Shown piece after piece: positions 60,852 through 64,000 of a DNA stretch of 64,000 nt. The DNA is from Alkalispirochaeta sp. (GTDB lineage: Bacteria; Spirochaetota; Spirochaetia; DSM-27196; Alkalispirochaetaceae), in contig OZ271854.1 in NCBI GenBank assembly GCA_965601925.1, positions 1,248,001 to 1,312,000 on the forward strand, read 5' to 3'. The stretch's first letter is position 1. Each line of letters starts with the position of its first letter. Made by a program: the position numbers and the translations under genes. Below the pieces are notes generated by a model that was given only the letters and a program-made list of their open reading frames with translations, was not told the origin of the DNA and searched no databases.

Positions 60852-61673
60852 CTACGAGACTTCTATGGGAGTATCCGTATCGTTACCCCATTCTAACCAG
60901 GAACCGGCATAGTTGCTCACGGTTTTATACCCCAGCAGTCTCAGCGTGAAGTAACTATGGGAAGACCGCGATCCCGAACGGCAGTAGACCAACACGTGGC
61001 TATCTTTTTTTACTCCCCGTTCTTCATAGAGCGTCGATAACTCCGCAAGGTCGCGAAAGGTCGGATCGAAGAGATCGTTGATATGATTTTGCCAATCGAC
61101 GTGAACGGCTCCGGGAATGTGACCGTCCCGTGCCGCCGTTTGGGTCCTACCCTCGAACTCTTCTACGGTTCTGGCGTCTACGATGACGGCATCGGGCGAC
61201 GCCATGGCGGCATACACGTCGGATTTATCGGCAACGATGCCTTCCTGAATCTCCGCATCGTACCGTTTGGCTGTCGGGTTGGGCTCTCCGCGTTCCAGCG
61301 GCAACCCGAGCTCCCTCCACCGTATGATGCCGCCATTGAGAAGGGCGACGTGCTTGTGGCCCAGCTTTTTCAGAATCCAGAACCACCGGGCCGACGGCAC
61401 CAAACCGGAGTCGTCATAAAAAACGAGAGAAGAGTCCGGTTCGATGCCCGCGGCGCCGATGTTGGACGTTATCTCTTCAAACGGTAGAAGCGCTCCCCGC
61501 TCGGACTGCGGATTCTGCAACTTCGTGATCGGCAAATGGAGGGCGCCGGGAATGTGGTTCTCTACGAACTCAGATGCTCCCCGGGCATCGACGACACAAT
61601 ACTCCCCGGTTCTCAGTCGCTCGGCCAGGATTTCCGGCTCAATCAACAGATCCGTGTTAAAACCCGCCATCAC
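60852..61673 (-). CDS. Tandem-domain rhodanese sulfurtransferase (cytoplasmic)
   Basis: HIPGA twice, active loop YCRSGSR, YAGSWLEW; no signal peptide. Confidence 0.94.
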   Translation of the reverse strand: MMAGFNTDLLIEPEILAERLRTGEYCVVDARGASEFVENHIPGALHLPITKLQNPQSERGALLPFEEITSNIGAAGIEPDSSLVFYDDSGLVPSARWFWILKKLGHKHVALLNGGIIRWRELGLPLERGEPNPTAKRYDAEIQEGIVADKSDVYAAMASPDAVIVDARTVEEFEGRTQTAARDGHIPGAVHVDWQNHINDLFDPTFRDLAELSTLYEERGVKKDSHVLVYCRSGSRSSHSYFTLRLLGYKTVSNYAGSWLEWGNDTDTPIEVS

Positions 61674-61689
61674 ATTCCCGCCCGACCAT

Positions 61690-61944
61690 CTATCCTCGTC
61701 GAACCCGCACTACCCAGTGAGACGCTTCCGGCTTATCGATTGCAAGGACCTCATGCCCTTCCTGGTCCAAAGTGTTCGGTACATTGGTTGCCGACTCACT
61801 GTTGCCGAGATGAATCTCCAGTACGTTGCCGCGATCGAGGTCCTCGATAGCCAACTTCGACTTTACCAGAGTGTAGGGGCATACATCACCTTGAAGATCG
61901 ATCACCGCATCAACCGGATTCACGTGGTTTGAGACGTGCGCCAT
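61690..61944 (-). CDS. TusA/YeeD-family sulfur carrier
   Basis: IDLQGDVCPYTLVKSK, 84 aa. Confidence 0.92.
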   Translation of the reverse strand: MAHVSNHVNPVDAVIDLQGDVCPYTLVKSKLAIEDLDRGNVLEIHLGNSESATNVPNTLDQEGHEVLAIDKPEASHWVVRVRRG

Positions 61945-61953
61945 TTCACACTC

Positions 61954-62850
61954 CTATAGTTCTATGGGCGCGTTGGGATCATTGCCCCACTCCGCCCACG
62001 ATCCGTCATAGAGACGAACCGATTCATGACCGGCGACACGCAGTGCGACGTAGGTATGGGCGCCTCGTACTCCGGTTTGACAGAGGGTAATCACCTCCGT
62101 ATCGATGCGTGCCAGTACGGAGTCGTACAGACTGCTCAAGCCGTCGGTCGTCTTAAACGAGTTATCGGCGGTAAGGTTCTGCGTCCACTCAATATGCAAC
62201 GAGCCGGGAATATGGCCTCCGCGATCCGCTCGTTTGTCCGTACCGTCATACTCGGCCTCGCTCCTGGTGTCGATCACTACAACCGAATCTCGCTCCAACG
62301 TGCTCAAAATGTACTCCTGATCGGCAATCAGGTCGCCCTGCACGTGTGCGGTAAACTCACCCCGTTCAGGAACGCGTGGATTAGTCGACACCTCGAATCC
62401 CGCTTGGGTCCACGATGCGTATCCACCGTCCAATAGATGTACCTGCGTATGGCCCACATACTCCAGCGCCCAAAATAGACGTGACGCCCACAGTCCGTTT
62501 CCGGAGTCGTACACCACCACCGGCTTGTCATGCGAGACTCCCAGATCGGATAGGTCTTGGGCCACCACGTCCGGATCGGGCAACATGCCGTCGATTCCGT
62601 CCACGCTATCCCAAACGATCGCTCTGTCGACAAGCGCGGCGCCGGGAATGTGCCCTGCAAGGAAGTCCTCTTGACTGCGCGCCATGTCCAAAATGGTAAG
62701 GTGCGCCCGATTTTCTTCCACCCACGAGGGATCAACCAAGATAGCCTCCGATGGAGTTCGATGCGCAGGAGCGCCGCACCCCACAACCAATATGCCGAGT
62801 ACCATCGCGGTTATTATAACGCCCCATGTATGTGCTTTGTCATACGCCAT
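61954..62850 (-). CDS. Tandem-domain rhodanese with lipoprotein signal
   Basis: GGAGG before ATG 62850, hydrophobic stretch ending VVGC, HIPGA/HIPGS, LCQTGVR, YDGSWAEW. Confidence 0.9.
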   Translation of the reverse strand: MAYDKAHTWGVIITAMVLGILVVGCGAPAHRTPSEAILVDPSWVEENRAHLTILDMARSQEDFLAGHIPGAALVDRAIVWDSVDGIDGMLPDPDVVAQDLSDLGVSHDKPVVVYDSGNGLWASRLFWALEYVGHTQVHLLDGGYASWTQAGFEVSTNPRVPERGEFTAHVQGDLIADQEYILSTLERDSVVVIDTRSEAEYDGTDKRADRGGHIPGSLHIEWTQNLTADNSFKTTDGLSSLYDSVLARIDTEVITLCQTGVRGAHTYVALRVAGHESVRLYDGSWAEWGNDPNAPIEL

Positions 62851-62882
62851 TCCGTCCTCCTTGGTCGCGATTTTGCCGGCAG

Positions 62883-63905
62883 CTACACCGCCGCTCTTTG
62901 AACGCTCAATGCTCTTTCTCGTCGAAACACCAACGCGGTCATGATCCAACAGCCCACCATGATGCTCGCAACGCCGGTAATAGATCCCAGTCCGAGAGAG
63001 GCGATACCGGAAATGCCGTGCCCGATGTTGCAGCCGCCGGCCAGCGATGCGCCCAATCCCATTACCAACCCACCGCCGGTTTGCCGAACGAAGCTCTTTG
63101 GTTCCGGCAACTTCCAGCCCGCCTCACCGTTTGCGGCGGCGGAGAAATACGCTCCCAGCGGAACCCCTACCAGGAGATACAATGGGAGACCTACTCCCGA
63201 GCCGTCGCCGCCGACTAAGAGTCTGGCGAATGCGGCACTCGGTTGCGTAAAGGACAACCCAAAATCGCGTCCGATCAAGGCCGACAGCACCCAGGTTGCC
63301 AACGCCAAGAGCCCCACCGACAAGCCGGTTTGCCTCCAACTCCATCCAATGACGAACTTCTGCTTGGGCGCGCGTATCAGATATACGGCGATGGGAATCA
63401 TGAGCAGCGCTACCACGGTCCACCGACCCCAGACCGAATCAACACCGAATAGATTAAAGAGCGTCGCCTCTCTCCCTTGCACGTCGATCACGGGAGTGCG
63501 GAGCACCCGTTGCATATCACCCAACGCACCGCCGTCCATGGCCGCGGTACCGAAGAGAAAACCGATCAACGCTCCCCACGATCCGAGCATTCCCCTGCCG
63601 GCTCGATAGTAGGTTCCGCTGGCACAGCCGCCGGCCCAGACCATGCCCACACCGAACAGTAGCCCGCCCACGATCAATGCCGGCCAGAAAAATGGAGTCG
63701 TTTGCGGTCGTAAAAAGCCGATATCGGTCGATAGCGTAACGGCGGGAATATTGATCAGAAGCACCAGACACCACGCCTTGAGCGTGCTCCTATCCTCCCC
63801 AAACATGATGCTGCGAAAGGCGGTATTCATACAAAAACCGCCCCGCTGAAGGACCCATCCCAACGCAACGCCGAGTGCGACGCCCCCGAACAACTCTATC
63901 CACAT
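62883..63905 (-). CDS. yeeE: YeeE/YedE (TsuA) thiosulfate transporter family
   Basis: Three conserved Cys loops: QRGGFCM, GMVWAGGCASG, GASLAGGCNIGH. Confidence 0.93.
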   Translation of the reverse strand: MWIELFGGVALGVALGWVLQRGGFCMNTAFRSIMFGEDRSTLKAWCLVLLINIPAVTLSTDIGFLRPQTTPFFWPALIVGGLLFGVGMVWAGGCASGTYYRAGRGMLGSWGALIGFLFGTAAMDGGALGDMQRVLRTPVIDVQGREATLFNLFGVDSVWGRWTVVALLMIPIAVYLIRAPKQKFVIGWSWRQTGLSVGLLALATWVLSALIGRDFGLSFTQPSAAFARLLVGGDGSGVGLPLYLLVGVPLGAYFSAAANGEAGWKLPEPKSFVRQTGGGLVMGLGASLAGGCNIGHGISGIASLGLGSITGVASIMVGCWIMTALVFRRERALSVQRAAV

Positions 63906-63917
63906 ACGTTTCCACCC

Positions 63918-64000
63918 TTAGAAGCAGGCGAAGGAGCCGTCTCGCCTGGCGACCGCCGTAACACCACCGCTGATTCCCGCAGAATCGCCGCCGACGTCAC
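63918..64000 (-). CDS. 3' end of an upstream gene of the sulfur operon (partial, unidentified)
   Basis: Open frame ...DVGGDSAGISGGVTAVARRDGSFACF* ending 12 nt before the yeeE start. Confidence 0.4.
   Translation of the reverse strand, partial: DVGGDSAGISGGVTAVARRDGSFACF

Noticed and set aside
60852..63905. Selenium-utilisation (selenoprotein) reading of the YeeE/TusA cluster
   Set aside because: No in-frame UGA at active sites and no sel genes in the window

Overview
64 kb of GC-rich bacterial chromosome, densely coding. I found no rRNA, tRNA, CRISPR array, transposase or phage gene. An 'AFAGGQGE' solute-binding-protein signal and an 'NASIEAAHAG' chemoreceptor tip suggest a free-living spirochaete (inference). 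Left to right: a 5'-truncated four-carbon acid-sugar kinase; a heterodimeric ABC exporter behind an unannotated leader ORF and RNA structure; an NDH-2-like/polyprenyl synthase/TetR group; a secreted SOR-like His/Cys protein; a truncated Cache sensor; an ECF42 sigma with a YciI partner; a GntR-LacI-controlled sugar ABC locus (GH3, DUF2264, HAD); hpt; a beta-helix+CBM3 lipoprotein; a ~22 kb glycoside/rhamnose island (low-GC DUF4038 gene, two GPH transporters, GH3, two GH78, rhaA, DeoR, two Zn dehydrogenases, two epimerases, two TetR, a chemoreceptor); a POTRA-less Omp85; a MacAB-like exporter; small regulators and enzymes; a GGDEF-EAL protein; PadR opposite an Lnt-like nitrilase; an orphan acidic lipoprotein; and a YeeE/TusA/two-rhodanese sulfur cluster. 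Best leads: (1) a near-identical palindromic operator at two promoters 16.5 kb apart that ties the glycoside island, including a chemoreceptor, into one regulon; (2) a GH78 whose catalytic acid is Ala; (3) rhaA with dehydrogenases and epimerases instead of rhaB/rhaD; (4) a possible trans-envelope sulfur relay; (5) the leader-peptide attenuator; (6) repeated leaderless gene starts. All calls are by motif reading only; no database search was run.
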